From Clostridia bacterium (GTDB lineage Bacteria; Bacillota; Clostridia; Christensenellales; UBA1242), in NCBI GenBank assembly GCA_036654655.1, contig JAVVRP010000001.1, positions 138,426-202,425 of the forward strand: 64,000 nucleotides of DNA. Direction: 5' to 3'. Below, piece by piece: positions 36,471-46,876 of this stretch. A program made the translations under genes and the position numbers. How positions within the stretch are numbered: position 1 is the stretch's first letter; each line of letters begins with the position of its first letter. Under the pieces are notes generated by a model. It searched no databases. It was not told the DNA's origin and saw only the letters and a list, made by a program, of their open reading frames with translations.

Positions 36471-37644
36471 TTTTTTTCCTCCCCGCCTTTGTTAATGGCG
36501 AAATCGCTCTTAATTTTTGAACGGCTTTGCAAAGTTCTTCTACAACAATTTCAATTTGGTCTTCCCTAATACCTTTGCCAAACGAAAATCTTATTGTCCC
36601 TTGTGCACCTTCATCGGATATCCCCATTGCAGTTAGCACGTGTGATGGCTTTAAAGAATTTGACGTGCATGCCGAACCTGTTGAAACAGAAATCCCAGCA
36701 AGATCAAGCATTAACAAGATAGATTCACCTTCAATTAATTCAAATGAAATACTAACAATTCCTTGAACTTTTTGAAATGGATGACCGTTAACTTTTATCA
36801 TATCAATTTTTTCTTCAACAAGTTTAATAAATTTTGTTCTTAATGATTTTAATTTTTGATTGTTAACATTCATATCCCTAACTGCAATTTCCAAAGCCTT
36901 GCCAAAGCCTGCAATTCCTGCAACATTTGACGTTCCACCACGCTTGCCACGCTCTTGATTTCCACCATCAATTAAGTCTTGAATTTGAATTCCATTTTTT
37001 ATATATAACATTCCAGTACCTTTTGGCCCGTAAATTTTATGTGCGCTAGCAGACATTAAATCAACATCCATATTTGTAACATCAATTTTTAAGCAACCAA
37101 TTGCTTGAACAGCATCTGTATGAAAAATTATATTTTTTTCATGCGCAGTTTTTGCAAGTGCTTTTATGTTTTGAATTGTTCCCACTTCATTATTAACAAG
37201 CATTATTGAAACAAGAATTGTGTCTTTTCTTATATTTCGCATAAGTTCAGCAACACTAATCAATCCAGTTGAATCAACTGGCAAATATGTTACATCAAAG
37301 CCTTCATTTTCAAGAGTTTTGCAAGATTCTAAAACACTATCGTGTTCAATTGAACTTGTAATAATATGCTTGCCTTTAAAAGAATTTGCATATGCAACAC
37401 CTTTTATTGCCCAATTATTAGCCTCAGAACCACCACCAGTAAAATAAATTTCATTGCTTTTTGCATTAAATGCTTGTGCAATTTTATCTCTTGCATTATC
37501 AATTATTGCTTGTGCCTGCCTACCATCTTCATGAATACTGCTAGAATTTCCGTATATTCCAGTTAAGCAAGGCATCATTTCTGCCAAAACTTCGCCAGAT
37601 ATGGGGGTTGTTGCAGCATTATCTAAATATATTCTGTTTTCCAT
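36463..37644 (-). CDS. nifS: Cysteine desulfurase NifS/IscS-type
   Basis: 393-aa ORF with the PLP lysine block SASAHKIYGPKG and the active-site loop SVSTGSACTS. Overlaps nifU by 8 nt. Confidence 0.95.
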   Translation of the reverse strand: MENRIYLDNAATTPISGEVLAEMMPCLTGIYGNSSSIHEDGRQAQAIIDNARDKIAQAFNAKSNEIYFTGGGSEANNWAIKGVAYANSFKGKHIITSSIEHDSVLESCKTLENEGFDVTYLPVDSTGLISVAELMRNIRKDTILVSIMLVNNEVGTIQNIKALAKTAHEKNIIFHTDAVQAIGCLKIDVTNMDVDLMSASAHKIYGPKGTGMLYIKNGIQIQDLIDGGNQERGKRGGTSNVAGIAGFGKALEIAVRDMNVNNQKLKSLRTKFIKLVEEKIDMIKVNGHPFQKVQGIVSISFELIEGESILLMLDLAGISVSTGSACTSNSLKPSHVLTAMGISDEGAQGTIRFSFGKGIREDQIEIVVEELCKAVQKLRAISPLTKAGRKKNV

Positions 37645-37662
37645 CTTTTTTCCTTACGCCTA

Positions 37663-37691
37663 ATTTTATCACTTAAACAACAAAAAATCAA
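37663..37691 (-). promoter_or_regulatory. Sigma-A-type promoter candidate for nifS-nifU
   Basis: The minus strand reads TTGATT-17 nt-TAAAAT, about 20 nt upstream of the nifS ATG region. Confidence 0.4.
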
Positions 37692-37773
37692 GCGTGTTAA
37701 AAAAATAAAATCAAAATTATTTATTTTAATTAAAATTCGCTTAATTAATTGTTTTATTTTAATTCAAAAATTT

Positions 37774-38076
37774 TTATTCAGCAGATTTAATCAGGTCCAA
37801 AATTTGTTGTTTTTGACGAAGCCCAATTATTTTTTCAAAAATTTTTCCGTCTTTAAAAAGTATCATTGTTGGAACGCTCATTATCCCAAAACTTTTGGCA
37901 ATATCATAACAAGCGTCAACATCAACTTTAAAAATTTTTGCAGTTGTTTCTTTGCTTGCTTGTTCCAAAATTGGCGAAAGCATTTTGCACGGACCGCACC
38001 AAGTTGCAAAAAAGTCTACAAGAACCACACCATCTTTGATTTTTTCTTCAAAGTTTTCCTGTGATAAAATTTCCAT
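37774..38076 (-). CDS. trxA: Thioredoxin
   Basis: Has the WCGPC active site. The start is set to the ATG at 38074-38076 (MEILSQENF...), 5 nt after GGAGGG. The track's GTG start lies inside that SD. Confidence 0.93.
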   Translation of the reverse strand: MEILSQENFEEKIKDGVVLVDFFATWCGPCKMLSPILEQASKETTAKIFKVDVDACYDIAKSFGIMSVPTMILFKDGKIFEKIIGLRQKQQILDLIKSAE

Positions 38077-38094
38077 AATTCCCTCCACTTTTAA

Positions 38095-39402
38095 TTATAA
38101 AATATATTTTTTTAAGTCATACTTTTTCTTTTCTTTTGAAAAAGCGTTTTGAACAAATTCTTTGTTAATTTGCACTTTTAACATTGGATGCTGACCTGAG
38201 GCGTTGTAAGAAATATCTTCTAGCAATGCTTCCATAACTGTGTTTAAGCGTCTTGCTCCAATATTTTCACTTGTTTCATTTTCCGCAAATGCCATCTCTG
38301 CAATTTCATCAATTGCATCATCTGTGAATTCAAGTTTAATGTTATCAACTTCAAGTAATTTTGCATATTGCATTGTAATTGCATTTTTGGGCTGTGTTAA
38401 AATTTTAACAAAATCTTGTTTTGACAAACAAGACAATTCCACCCTTATTGGAAATCTTCCTTGAAGTTCAGGAATCATATCTTCTATTTTTGAAACATGA
38501 AAAGCACCTGACGCAATAAATAAAATATAGTCTGTTTTTATATTTCCATATTTTGTTGAAACTGTTGAACCCTCAATAATTGGCAAAATGTCCCTTTGAA
38601 CACCTTCTCTTGAAACATCTGGACCGCTTGAAGAATTTTTGCCAACAACCTTGTCTATTTCATCAATAAAAACAATTCCTTCTTCTTCTGCACGTCTTAT
38701 TGCTTCTGTGTTCACGCTGTCTTGATCAATTAATCTCTCTGCTTCTTCGATAATCATTAATTTGCGTGCATCGCAAATTTTTAGTTTTTTCTTTTTATGT
38801 GTTCGGGGAATAAAACCTTGCAAAAAACCTGTTAAATTCATACCTTCCATTCCACTTATTTCCATTTCTTTTGGAGGTTCTGTTATGTCGATATCAACTG
38901 CCATGTTTTCAAATTTGCCTGCAAAATAATCTTCTTTAAGCAATTCCGCATTAATTTCAGGCAAGTTATTTATTTTTGCTTCTTCATTTTTTACTTGTAA
39001 CAATACTTTTATTATTCGATCATCCGCCATAATTTTTGCTTTTGATTCTACTTGATGCTCCTTTTCTTCCTTTACCAAGCGAATGGACACGCTTACAAGG
39101 TCCCTTATCATGCTTTCAACATCTCTTCCAACATATCCAACTTCTGTATATTTTGTGGCTTCTGCCTTAACAAATGGCGCATTAACTAATTTTGCAAGGC
39201 GCCTTGCAATTTCAGTTTTTCCAACGCCTGTTGGGCCTTTCATTATAATGTTTTTTGGCGTTATTTCATCTCTTAATTCTTTTGACAATTGGCTCCTGCG
39301 ATAGCGATTTCTTAAAGCAATTGCAACAGCACGCTTTGCAGATTGTTGACCAATTATATATTTATCCAACTGTTCAACAATTTCTTTTGGCGTCATTTCC
39401 AT
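38095..39402 (-). CDS. hslU: ATP-dependent protease ATPase subunit HslU
   Basis: 435-aa ORF. Has TPKEIVEQLDKYIIGQ, Walker A GPTGVGKTEIARRLA, Walker B FIDEIDK and an I-domain insertion. Confidence 0.97.
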   Translation of the reverse strand: MEMTPKEIVEQLDKYIIGQQSAKRAVAIALRNRYRRSQLSKELRDEITPKNIIMKGPTGVGKTEIARRLAKLVNAPFVKAEATKYTEVGYVGRDVESMIRDLVSVSIRLVKEEKEHQVESKAKIMADDRIIKVLLQVKNEEAKINNLPEINAELLKEDYFAGKFENMAVDIDITEPPKEMEISGMEGMNLTGFLQGFIPRTHKKKKLKICDARKLMIIEEAERLIDQDSVNTEAIRRAEEEGIVFIDEIDKVVGKNSSSGPDVSREGVQRDILPIIEGSTVSTKYGNIKTDYILFIASGAFHVSKIEDMIPELQGRFPIRVELSCLSKQDFVKILTQPKNAITMQYAKLLEVDNIKLEFTDDAIDEIAEMAFAENETSENIGARRLNTVMEALLEDISYNASGQHPMLKVQINKEFVQNAFSKEKKKYDLKKYIL

Positions 39403-39412
39403 AATATTCTCC

Positions 39413-39949
39413 TTAAATTTCTTCTATTGTCAAGTGACTATTTGTGAAAACACAAATTTCACTTGCAATTTCAAGCGACTTTGTTGCAATTTCTTTTGCA
39501 CTTAATTTTGTGTTTTGTGCAAGTGCTTTTGCCGCAGCAAGTGCATAACATCCTCCACTTCCAATTGCACAAATATCATCTTGCGGTTCAATAACATCCC
39601 CTGTGCCAGAAAGAATTAGCATTTTTGACTCATCTGCAACAATCATCATTGCTTCAAGTTTTCTAAAAACCTCGTTACTTCTCCATTGTTGAGCAAGTTC
39701 AACTGCACTTCTCATTAAATTACCTGCAAATTTGTTTAACATTTCTTCAAAACGTTCACATAAACTAAATGCATCGGCAACACTTCCTGCAAAACCAACT
39801 ATTACTTTGTTGTTAAAAATTCTTCTAACTTTTACTGCATTATTTTTAAAAATTATGCTTTGCGACATAGTAACTTGCCCATCTCCGGCAATTGCAGTTT
39901 TATTATTTCTTTTAACTGCACAAATTGTTGTGCCTTTAAGACTTTCCAT
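39413..39949 (-). CDS. hslV: ATP-dependent protease subunit HslV
   Basis: 178-aa ORF with a GTTICAV N-terminal Thr nucleophile region, GDGQVT and GSGG blocks. GGAGAA SD. Confidence 0.96.
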   Translation of the reverse strand: MESLKGTTICAVKRNNKTAIAGDGQVTMSQSIIFKNNAVKVRRIFNNKVIVGFAGSVADAFSLCERFEEMLNKFAGNLMRSAVELAQQWRSNEVFRKLEAMMIVADESKMLILSGTGDVIEPQDDICAIGSGGCYALAAAKALAQNTKLSAKEIATKSLEIASEICVFTNSHLTIEEI

Positions 39950-41261
39950 ATATTTTCTCCTTATATTGATTTATTTTCTCTTTTGAACGCTCAAAAATTA
40001 TTTGTTTGCGTTCATTTTTGTCACGGATTTGAGTTTCAAGCGGTTTTATTATACCATAATTTGCATTCATTGGTTGAAAATTTACTGTTGAACTTTTTGA
40101 TATATAGTCGAACATTGCACCCATCGCAGTTTCTGTTGATATTGGAATTAAACTTTTTTGCATGAGTTTTCTGTGCATGTTTATTGCAACATACAGCCCA
40201 CTTGCAATGCTTTCTACATACCCTTCCACGCCTGATAACTGACCTGCAATGTAAATATTTTCATGCATATTTAATTCACAAAAAATATTTAAACAAGATG
40301 GAGCATTAACATAAGAATTTCTATGCAAAACACCATATCTTATAAATTCCGCATTTTTTAAAGCAGGAATTAAAGAAAAAATGCGTTTTTGCTCGGGAAA
40401 TGTTAAATTTGTTTGAAATCCAACCATATTAAACATTTTGCCTTGTTCGTCTTCTTTTCTTAATTGCAGAACAGCATAAGGTCTTATTCCATTTTCATAC
40501 AAACCAACAGGCTTCATCGGCCCAAATCTAAGAGAATTTAATCCTCTACCCGCCATAACTTCAACTGGCATACAACCTTCAAAAACCTTTATTTTTTCAA
40601 GTTCTTCAAGTTTTGCAAGTTTTCCATTAATTAATTCTTTGTGAAATAAATTATATTCTTCCTTGGATAAAGGACAATTTAAATAATCTCCCGTGCCACC
40701 CTTATCATATCTGTTAGCCCAAAAAGCATAATTGAAATCAATTGTTTCTCCATCTATAATTGGAGCAACCGCATCAAAAAAATAACAGTTATTTGTTCCA
40801 ATTAACTTTTGAATATTTAAAAAAAGTTCGTCATCTGTTAATGGTCCAGTTGCAATTATTGTTGGCTCCGCTAAATTTATTTCTGTAATTTTTTTGTCTA
40901 TAACTTTTATGTTTGGATGGTTAAATATTTTATCTGTAACCGCGCTAGAAAATTTATTTCGGTCCACAGCAAGCGCTCCGCCAGCAGGAACGGCACATTT
41001 TTTTGCAACTTCCAAAAGTTGGCACCCCAGCGTTTCTAATTCAAATTTTAAAAGCCCCCCGGCAGAAGTGTGTTCAACACTTTTTAAACTGTTGCTACAA
41101 ACAAGTTCTGCAAAAGTGTTTAGTTTGTGCGCGGGTGATTTAAATTTTGGTTTCATTTCAAAAAGAAAAACTGTGTGGCCTTTGTCTGCAAGGAACAACG
41201 CGGCTTCACAACCTGCAAGCCCCGCCCCAATCACATTAATTTTTTCTCCTGTTTTAAGCAT
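39936..41261 (-). CDS. trmFO: Methylenetetrahydrofolate--tRNA-(uracil-5-)-methyltransferase TrmFO
   Basis: The start is reset to [21 protein letters not shown] (FAD-binding GxGxxG). Its ATG overlaps the topA stop (ATGCTTAA). The track N-terminal 31 aa lie inside topA. Confidence 0.93.
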   Translation of the reverse strand: MLKTGEKINVIGAGLAGCEAALFLADKGHTVFLFEMKPKFKSPAHKLNTFAELVCSNSLKSVEHTSAGGLLKFELETLGCQLLEVAKKCAVPAGGALAVDRNKFSSAVTDKIFNHPNIKVIDKKITEINLAEPTIIATGPLTDDELFLNIQKLIGTNNCYFFDAVAPIIDGETIDFNYAFWANRYDKGGTGDYLNCPLSKEEYNLFHKELINGKLAKLEELEKIKVFEGCMPVEVMAGRGLNSLRFGPMKPVGLYENGIRPYAVLQLRKEDEQGKMFNMVGFQTNLTFPEQKRIFSLIPALKNAEFIRYGVLHRNSYVNAPSCLNIFCELNMHENIYIAGQLSGVEGYVESIASGLYVAINMHRKLMQKSLIPISTETAMGAMFDYISKSSTVNFQPMNANYGIIKPLETQIRDKNERKQIIFERSKEKINQYKEKIYGKS

Positions 41262-43311
41262 CTTTTCCACATTTTCTGTTAGAGCAAAAAACTTTATCAT
41301 TTTTTGTGACCATGTGTTCTCCACAAACTTTGCATTTTTCGCCTGTTGGGACATCCCAACTTAAAAATTTACACTCAGGATATCCCGAACACGAAAAGAA
41401 AAACTTTCCAGTTTTTGACTTTTTCATAAACATTGGCTTACCACATATTGGACATTTACCATATGTTTTTTTCTCAACATCATTTTTTATACTTTTAATA
41501 TTTTTACACTTTGGATATGCTGAACATCCCAAAAACTTGCCATACTTGCTTTCTCTCAAAAACATTTTAGCACCACATTTTTCGCATACTTCATCTGTTT
41601 CTATTGGTTTTGCCTTTTCAACATAGCCACTATCTGCATTTTTTAACAATTCTTTAAACCCCCCATAAAAATTTGATATTAATTTCTGCCAATCTGATCC
41701 ATCCTCGGCAACCATATCTAACTTTTCTTCCATTTCAGCAGTAAATTCAATGTTAATAATATCCTTAAAATACTTTTGCAAAAATTCGTTAACTTTTAAG
41801 CCTAGTTCAGTTGGCACCAAAAATTTGCCGTCTTTTTCTAAATAATGTCTTGAACATAAAACAGCAACCGTTGGTGCAAAAGTTCCGGGGCGACCTATTC
41901 CATAATCTTCCATTGCCTTAACCAAACTTCCATCTGTGTATCTTAGTGGTGGCTTTGTAAATTTTTGTTCTGCCTTTAACTCTTTTAAACTTGTTACTTC
42001 ACCCACAACTAATGGTGGAATTTTTGTGCTTTCTTCTTTTTCGTCTTCTGTCAACTTGTAAACCGCTGAAAAACCTGCAAATTCCAAGGTTTTTCCCGTT
42101 GCCCTAAATCCAAATTTTTGTATGTCAAAATCAACAATAACATTATTAAAAATTGCTTCTGTCATCTGGCTTGCCAAAAATCTTTCGTATATTAATTTAT
42201 ACAATCTATAATTGTCATTAGAAATCGATGCTTTAACCATTTCTGGTGTTATGTCAAGATTAATTGGCCTTATTGCTTCATGGGCGTCTTGTGCAGTTTT
42301 TTTGCTTGCATATATATTAGTTTTTTCTGGCACATAATCTTTTCCATACTTTGAAGAAATAAATTCGCGTGCTGCTTTTTGAGCATCTTCGGAAACACGT
42401 GTTGAGTCCGTTCTAATGTAAGTTATAAGAGCAATTTTACCTTCACCCGGGACTTCCACGCCCTCATATAATTGTTGTGCAGATAAACTTGTTCTAGCAA
42501 GCACCATCCCCAATTTTGACATTGCTTCTTGTTGCATTGTGCTGGTTATAAATGGTGCAGATGCGTGTTGTTTTGTTTTTGTTTTTTTAATTGATGACAC
42601 AATAAAATCATTGTTTTTTGCAGTTAAAATTACTTCATCTGCTTTTTCTTTATTTGTGACTTTAAGTTTTTTACCGCTTTCTGAAAGTAAATTTGCTTTA
42701 AAAATTAACTTGTTATCTTTTTTTTGGAGTTCCGCCCAAATATTCCAATATTCTTCGGGTTTAAATTCCAAAATTTCTTTTTCGCGAATGGCAACAATAA
42801 GTAACGATGCTGATTGAACTCTACCCGCTGAAAGATTTTTTGCAATTTTTCTGTTTAATATTGGGGAAACTTTGTATCCAACCAGCCTGTCTAGCACACG
42901 TCTGGCTTGCTGTGAATTAACTAAATTCATATTTATTTTTCTGGGAACTAAAAGTGCTTTTTGCACAGCGCTTTTAGAAATTTCATTAAATTCAATTCTT
43001 ACTGGCTTATCTTCTGGGATACCCAAGCAATAAGCAATATGCCAAGAAATTGCTTCTCCTTCTCTATCTGGGTCAGTTGCCAAAAACACTTCTTCCGCCT
43101 TAGAGGCTTTTTGTTTAAGCGCAGAAACAACCATTTTTTTGTCTGGCATTATTTGATAAGTTGGCTCAAATTTGTTGGATATATTTACTCCCAATTCTTT
43201 TTGTGGCAAATCTCTAACATGCCCTTTTGAAGGCATAACCTCATATCCTTCTCCCAGATATTTTTTTAATGCTTCACTTTTTCCGGGGCTCTCTATAATT
43301 ACAAGTTTCAT
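41254..43311 (-). CDS. topA: DNA topoisomerase I
   Basis: 685-aa ORF with TOPRIM (LVIIESPGK, ATDPDREGE), the catalytic Tyr block ITYIRTDS, and three C-terminal CxxC...CxxxxxC zinc ribbons. Confidence 0.97.
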   Translation of the reverse strand: MKLVIIESPGKSEALKKYLGEGYEVMPSKGHVRDLPQKELGVNISNKFEPTYQIMPDKKMVVSALKQKASKAEEVFLATDPDREGEAISWHIAYCLGIPEDKPVRIEFNEISKSAVQKALLVPRKINMNLVNSQQARRVLDRLVGYKVSPILNRKIAKNLSAGRVQSASLLIVAIREKEILEFKPEEYWNIWAELQKKDNKLIFKANLLSESGKKLKVTNKEKADEVILTAKNNDFIVSSIKKTKTKQHASAPFITSTMQQEAMSKLGMVLARTSLSAQQLYEGVEVPGEGKIALITYIRTDSTRVSEDAQKAAREFISSKYGKDYVPEKTNIYASKKTAQDAHEAIRPINLDITPEMVKASISNDNYRLYKLIYERFLASQMTEAIFNNVIVDFDIQKFGFRATGKTLEFAGFSAVYKLTEDEKEESTKIPPLVVGEVTSLKELKAEQKFTKPPLRYTDGSLVKAMEDYGIGRPGTFAPTVAVLCSRHYLEKDGKFLVPTELGLKVNEFLQKYFKDIINIEFTAEMEEKLDMVAEDGSDWQKLISNFYGGFKELLKNADSGYVEKAKPIETDEVCEKCGAKMFLRESKYGKFLGCSAYPKCKNIKSIKNDVEKKTYGKCPICGKPMFMKKSKTGKFFFSCSGYPECKFLSWDVPTGEKCKVCGEHMVTKNDKVFCSNRKCGKDA

Positions 43312-43321
43312 TTTTTCTCCA

Positions 43322-44419
43322 TTATAAGCAATAATAGTTTGATGGTAACTTTTTTATTATTCCATTTATTTGCATTGTTGTCAAATATGTCGAAAGTGTT
43401 GGGGTGTCTATTTTTGCTCTTTGTTTTATCTCATCAAAGTGTAAATCACCATCACTCAAAATGTCAAGTATTATCTTCTGAATTCCATTAACAGATTTTT
43501 TATTTTCTTTTACAACGTCTTTTGCAGTTATTCCAAATTCATTTAAAATGTCCAAATATTCTGTTACACATGCGCATTGCGCAGATTTTATAATTCTGTT
43601 TGTGCCAACGCTTTTGGGGCTTGTTATGTTACCAGGGACAGCAAAAACATCCTTACCAAGGTCTAATGCAAACTCTTTTGTGTGAAGCGCTCCGCTCTTT
43701 TCGCCTGCTTCTGTAATTAAAACACCATCACTAAGCCCTGCTATAATTCTGTTTCTGTTTGGAAAATTATATAACGTTGAACCCATGCTTGGACGATATT
43801 CGCTAACAAGCAACCCTAAATTTTCAATTTTTTTTGCAAGATTAATATTATTTGGCGGATAAATTTTATTAAATCCAGAACCTAAAACCGCAATAGTTTT
43901 ACCATTTGCTGTAAGTGCTGTTTCATGTGAAATTTTGTCTACTCCATCAGCCAAACCACTAACAATAACAAGCCCGTTTTCTGCAAGACCCCTTGCAAAT
44001 TTTGCTGTTACATCTCTTCCATACATTGTTGGCATTCTTGCACCAACAATGGCAATTCCACGTTTTTCAAGCAAAGAAATATCTCCCTTACAAAACAGCA
44101 CCATGGGAGGATTTTCTAGTTGTAATAATTTTTTTGGATAATTTTCACTATTAATTGTTATACATTGTACGCCAGACATTTCAAGATTGTTGCAATAATT
44201 TTGTATAAAAGTTTTATCTAACAAATTAAGTATTTCGTTATAATGCTCAACACCTATAATTTTGCAAACTTCTATTTTATGATTAGCAAAAAGAAGTAAT
44301 AAATTTTTTGGTTTTTCAAAAAGTTCTATAATTTGCCTTGTTTTTTTTGCATTTAAAAAATCAAAGTTTGTTAAAAATATTAAAACTTGTTCATCTTCAT
44401 TCCACATTTTCACGTCCAA
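43322..44419 (-). CDS. dprA: DNA processing protein DprA (Smf)
   Basis: 365-aa ORF with the Rossmann-like DprA core (IVGARMPTMYG, SGLADGVDKISHETAL, GSGFNKIYP, GALHT). Conserved dprA-topA order. Confidence 0.92.
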   Translation of the reverse strand: MDVKMWNEDEQVLIFLTNFDFLNAKKTRQIIELFEKPKNLLLLFANHKIEVCKIIGVEHYNEILNLLDKTFIQNYCNNLEMSGVQCITINSENYPKKLLQLENPPMVLFCKGDISLLEKRGIAIVGARMPTMYGRDVTAKFARGLAENGLVIVSGLADGVDKISHETALTANGKTIAVLGSGFNKIYPPNNINLAKKIENLGLLVSEYRPSMGSTLYNFPNRNRIIAGLSDGVLITEAGEKSGALHTKEFALDLGKDVFAVPGNITSPKSVGTNRIIKSAQCACVTEYLDILNEFGITAKDVVKENKKSVNGIQKIILDILSDGDLHFDEIKQRAKIDTPTLSTYLTTMQINGIIKKLPSNYYCL

Positions 44420-45945
44420 TATTTGTTATCCATAGACCGATATTGAATTGCTTCGGAAATATGTTTAACTAAAACATTTTCACTGTTATCTAAATCCGCA
44501 ATCGTTCTGGCAACTTTTAAAATTCTATCATGCGCTCTTGCACTTAAATTAAGTTTTTCAAACGCAAGTTTAAGTAATTCTTTTCCTTCCTCATCTAAAT
44601 TGCAAAATTGCTTTCTTTGCATTGGTGACATTTTTGCATTAAAAAATGTTTTGGAGTTTTTAAATCTTTCTAGTTGTTTTTCTCTTGCAATATCAACTCT
44701 ACTTTTTATAACTTGTGAATTTTCGGTGTCTTCTTCGTTATTAAGGTCGTCATAAGTTACATTGTCAACTTCAATATGCAAGTCTATTCTATCCATAAGT
44801 GGTCCACTAAGTTTGCTTAGATATTTGTGTATTTGCCCTGCCGAACAATTACACTCCCCAGTTTTTGAGCCATAATTTCCGCAAGGGCACGGGTTCATGC
44901 TTGCAATCATAATAAATGAAGACGGATAAGAAACAGTTTGCATTGCTCTCGCAACAGTTATTTTGCCATCTTCTAGTGGTTGTCTTAGTGCTTCTAGCAT
45001 AGTCCTTGGATATTCTGGAAGTTCATCCAAAAACAAAACTCCATTATGCGCAAGGCTTACTTCTCCTGGCTTGCTTAATCTGCCTCCGCCACTCATTGCC
45101 ACTGCTGATGCTGTGTGATGTGGAGTTCTGAAAGGACGCTTTAAAACAATCCCGTCTTCTGGATCCAACTCACCTGCAACGCTATGTATTTTTGTTGCTT
45201 CAAGCGCTTCTTCAAATGTCATATCAGGAAGAATTGTTGGAAAACACTTTGCAAGCATTGTTTTGCCACTTCCGGGTGGGCCTATTAATAAAATATTGTG
45301 CCCACCAGCAGCGGCAATTTCAAGTGCACGCTTTGCAAAACTTTGCCCCTTAACAAATTTCATATCCAACCCAACGCCTTTGTTATGCTGTTGTAACACT
45401 GTAAAATTTGTAGGTTTTAAGGGGTCAATAATTTTTGTGCCACAAAAAAAATCAAAAACATCTCTTAACAAACTTACACTTATTATCTCAACGTTATCAA
45501 TAAAACTTGCTTCTTTTTCATTGCCCTTTGGAATTACAAATTTTGTAAAACCTTTTGATCGTGCAGAAATAATAATTGGCAATATTCCCTGAATTGGACG
45601 CACAGATCCATCAAGGCCCAACTCCCCTAGAATTACATAATCTTTCACTTTTTGTGCTGGCATTATTTCAATAGCAGTAATAATTGCAACGGCAATTGCA
45701 ACATCATATATTGGCCTTTCTTTTTTTTGATCCGCCGGTGCCAAATTAATTGTTATTTTATTTACTGGATATTCAAATCCGCTGTTTTTTATTGCCGATT
45801 TAACACGTTCCTTGCTTTCTTTTATGGAAGTGTCTGCCAGCCCAACAAGGTCAAAAGAAGGAAGTCCGCCTGAAATATCAATTTCAACGCTAACGGGATA
45901 ACCCTCTATGCCAGTTAGACCAAAACTTAAAAGTTTTGAAAGCAT
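44410..45945 (-). CDS. comM: YifB/ComM family Mg-chelatase-like ATPase
   Basis: The start is reset to MLSKLLSFGLTGIEGYPV (AAGGAG SD 7 nt upstream). Has Walker A GPPGSGKTM, FLDELPE, and zinc-ribbon-like CPCGNYGS..CNC. Confidence 0.92.
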   Translation of the reverse strand: MLSKLLSFGLTGIEGYPVSVEIDISGGLPSFDLVGLADTSIKESKERVKSAIKNSGFEYPVNKITINLAPADQKKERPIYDVAIAVAIITAIEIMPAQKVKDYVILGELGLDGSVRPIQGILPIIISARSKGFTKFVIPKGNEKEASFIDNVEIISVSLLRDVFDFFCGTKIIDPLKPTNFTVLQQHNKGVGLDMKFVKGQSFAKRALEIAAAGGHNILLIGPPGSGKTMLAKCFPTILPDMTFEEALEATKIHSVAGELDPEDGIVLKRPFRTPHHTASAVAMSGGGRLSKPGEVSLAHNGVLFLDELPEYPRTMLEALRQPLEDGKITVARAMQTVSYPSSFIMIASMNPCPCGNYGSKTGECNCSAGQIHKYLSKLSGPLMDRIDLHIEVDNVTYDDLNNEEDTENSQVIKSRVDIAREKQLERFKNSKTFFNAKMSPMQRKQFCNLDEEGKELLKLAFEKLNLSARAHDRILKVARTIADLDNSENVLVKHISEAIQYRSMDNKYWT

Positions 45946-45964
45946 TTTTTCTCCTTGATTTTGT

Positions 45965-45993
45965 ATTATATCAAAATGCAACATTTATTGCAA
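45965..45993 (-). promoter_or_regulatory. Sigma-A promoter for comM-dprA-topA
   Basis: The minus strand reads TTGCAA-17 nt-TATAAT, 20 nt upstream of the comM ATG and directly after the rplS terminator. Confidence 0.55.
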
Positions 45994-46009
45994 ACAAATG
46001 TACATTATA

Positions 46010-46037
46010 CAAAAAAGTGCAATTTGTAAATTGCACT
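46010..46037 (-). terminator. Intrinsic terminator after rplS (bidirectional shape)
   Basis: 10-bp inverted repeat agtgcaattt/aaattgcact flanked by A7 and T7 runs, beginning 5 nt after the rplS stop. Confidence 0.7.
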
Positions 46038-46041
46038 TTTT

Positions 46042-46389
46042 TTAAATTCTGTCGGCTGATTTAATTTTTGACGCTTTGCCAGTTAATTCTCTAACATAAT
46101 AAAGTTTTGCTCTGCGTGGCTTACCTTTCCTAACAACTTCCACGTGATCAATAAGTGGTGAATGGACTGGAAATGTTCTTTCTACTCCAATTCCAAAAGA
46201 CATTCTTCTAACAGTGAATGTTTCTCTAACGCTTCCGTTTTTCTTTGCAATCACAACGCCTTCAAATGCTTGTAACCTTTGTTTTTCACCTTCTTTGATT
46301 TTGTAAAAAACTTTAACGGTATCTCCAACAGTAACGTCAGGAGCATTTTTTACTTGGTTTTCATTTTCTATAATATCAATAATATTCAC
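46042..46389 (-). CDS. rplS: 50S ribosomal protein L19
   Basis: 115-aa ORF (GTG start, GGAGGA SD). Has [45 protein letters not shown], typical of L19. Confidence 0.97.
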   Translation of the reverse strand: MNIIDIIENENQVKNAPDVTVGDTVKVFYKIKEGEKQRLQAFEGVVIAKKNGSVRETFTVRRMSFGIGVERTFPVHSPLIDHVEVVRKGKPRRAKLYYVRELTGKASKIKSADRI

Positions 46390-46452
46390 GACTTTTCCTC
46401 CTTACAACATGGCGTTCATGACCGTAATAAAGACAGCGGACCGCCCGAAGCC
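46390..46452 (-). promoter_or_regulatory. Structured, GC-enriched 5' leader of rplS (L19-leader-type candidate)
   Basis: The leader ggcttcgggcggtccgctgtctttattacggtcatgaacgccatg contrasts with the AT-rich surroundings and has complementary ggcg/cgcc and ccg/cgg segments. Bacillus-type rplS genes carry an autoregulatory leader. Confidence 0.35.
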
Positions 46453-46458
46453 AATAAC

Positions 46459-46487
46459 AATTTAACATATACTTCAAATTTTTGCAA
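46459..46487 (-). promoter_or_regulatory. Sigma-A-type promoter candidate for rplS
   Basis: The minus strand reads TTGCAA-17 nt-TAAATT. Confidence 0.4.
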
Positions 46488-46519
46488 GTGTTTTTTTAAT
46501 TTAATTTTTATATTTGGTT

Positions 46520-46858
46520 TTAAAATGCATTTTTTATGTGGTTTATTTCTTTGCCCAAAATTTCTATAACGTCAAAACGAACTAACGCATTTAACGCACC
46601 AATTTTTTTTAAATATAATTCCGCAATTCGGCGTATTTTTTTTTGCTTGGCATAAGTTACTGCTTCACAAGGACGGCCAAATTTATCCGACGTCCTACAT
46701 TTAACTTCCACAAAAACAAGATATTTTTTGTCAACGGCAATTATGTCAATTTCACCTATTACACACTTAAAATTCATTTGAATAATTTCAAATTCATTTT
46801 TAATCAAGTATTTTTGCGCTATCTTTTCGCCATAAGTTCCAAATTCATTTTTAAACAT
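46520..46858 (-). CDS. YraN family (UPF0102) endonuclease-like protein
   Basis: 112-aa ORF. GEKIAQKYL...GEIDIIA...LVFVEVKCR is the PD-(D/E)xK pattern of YraN. Confidence 0.88.
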   Translation of the reverse strand: MFKNEFGTYGEKIAQKYLIKNEFEIIQMNFKCVIGEIDIIAVDKKYLVFVEVKCRTSDKFGRPCEAVTYAKQKKIRRIAELYLKKIGALNALVRFDVIEILGKEINHIKNAF

Positions 46859-46876
46859 TTATCTCCTTTATAAAAA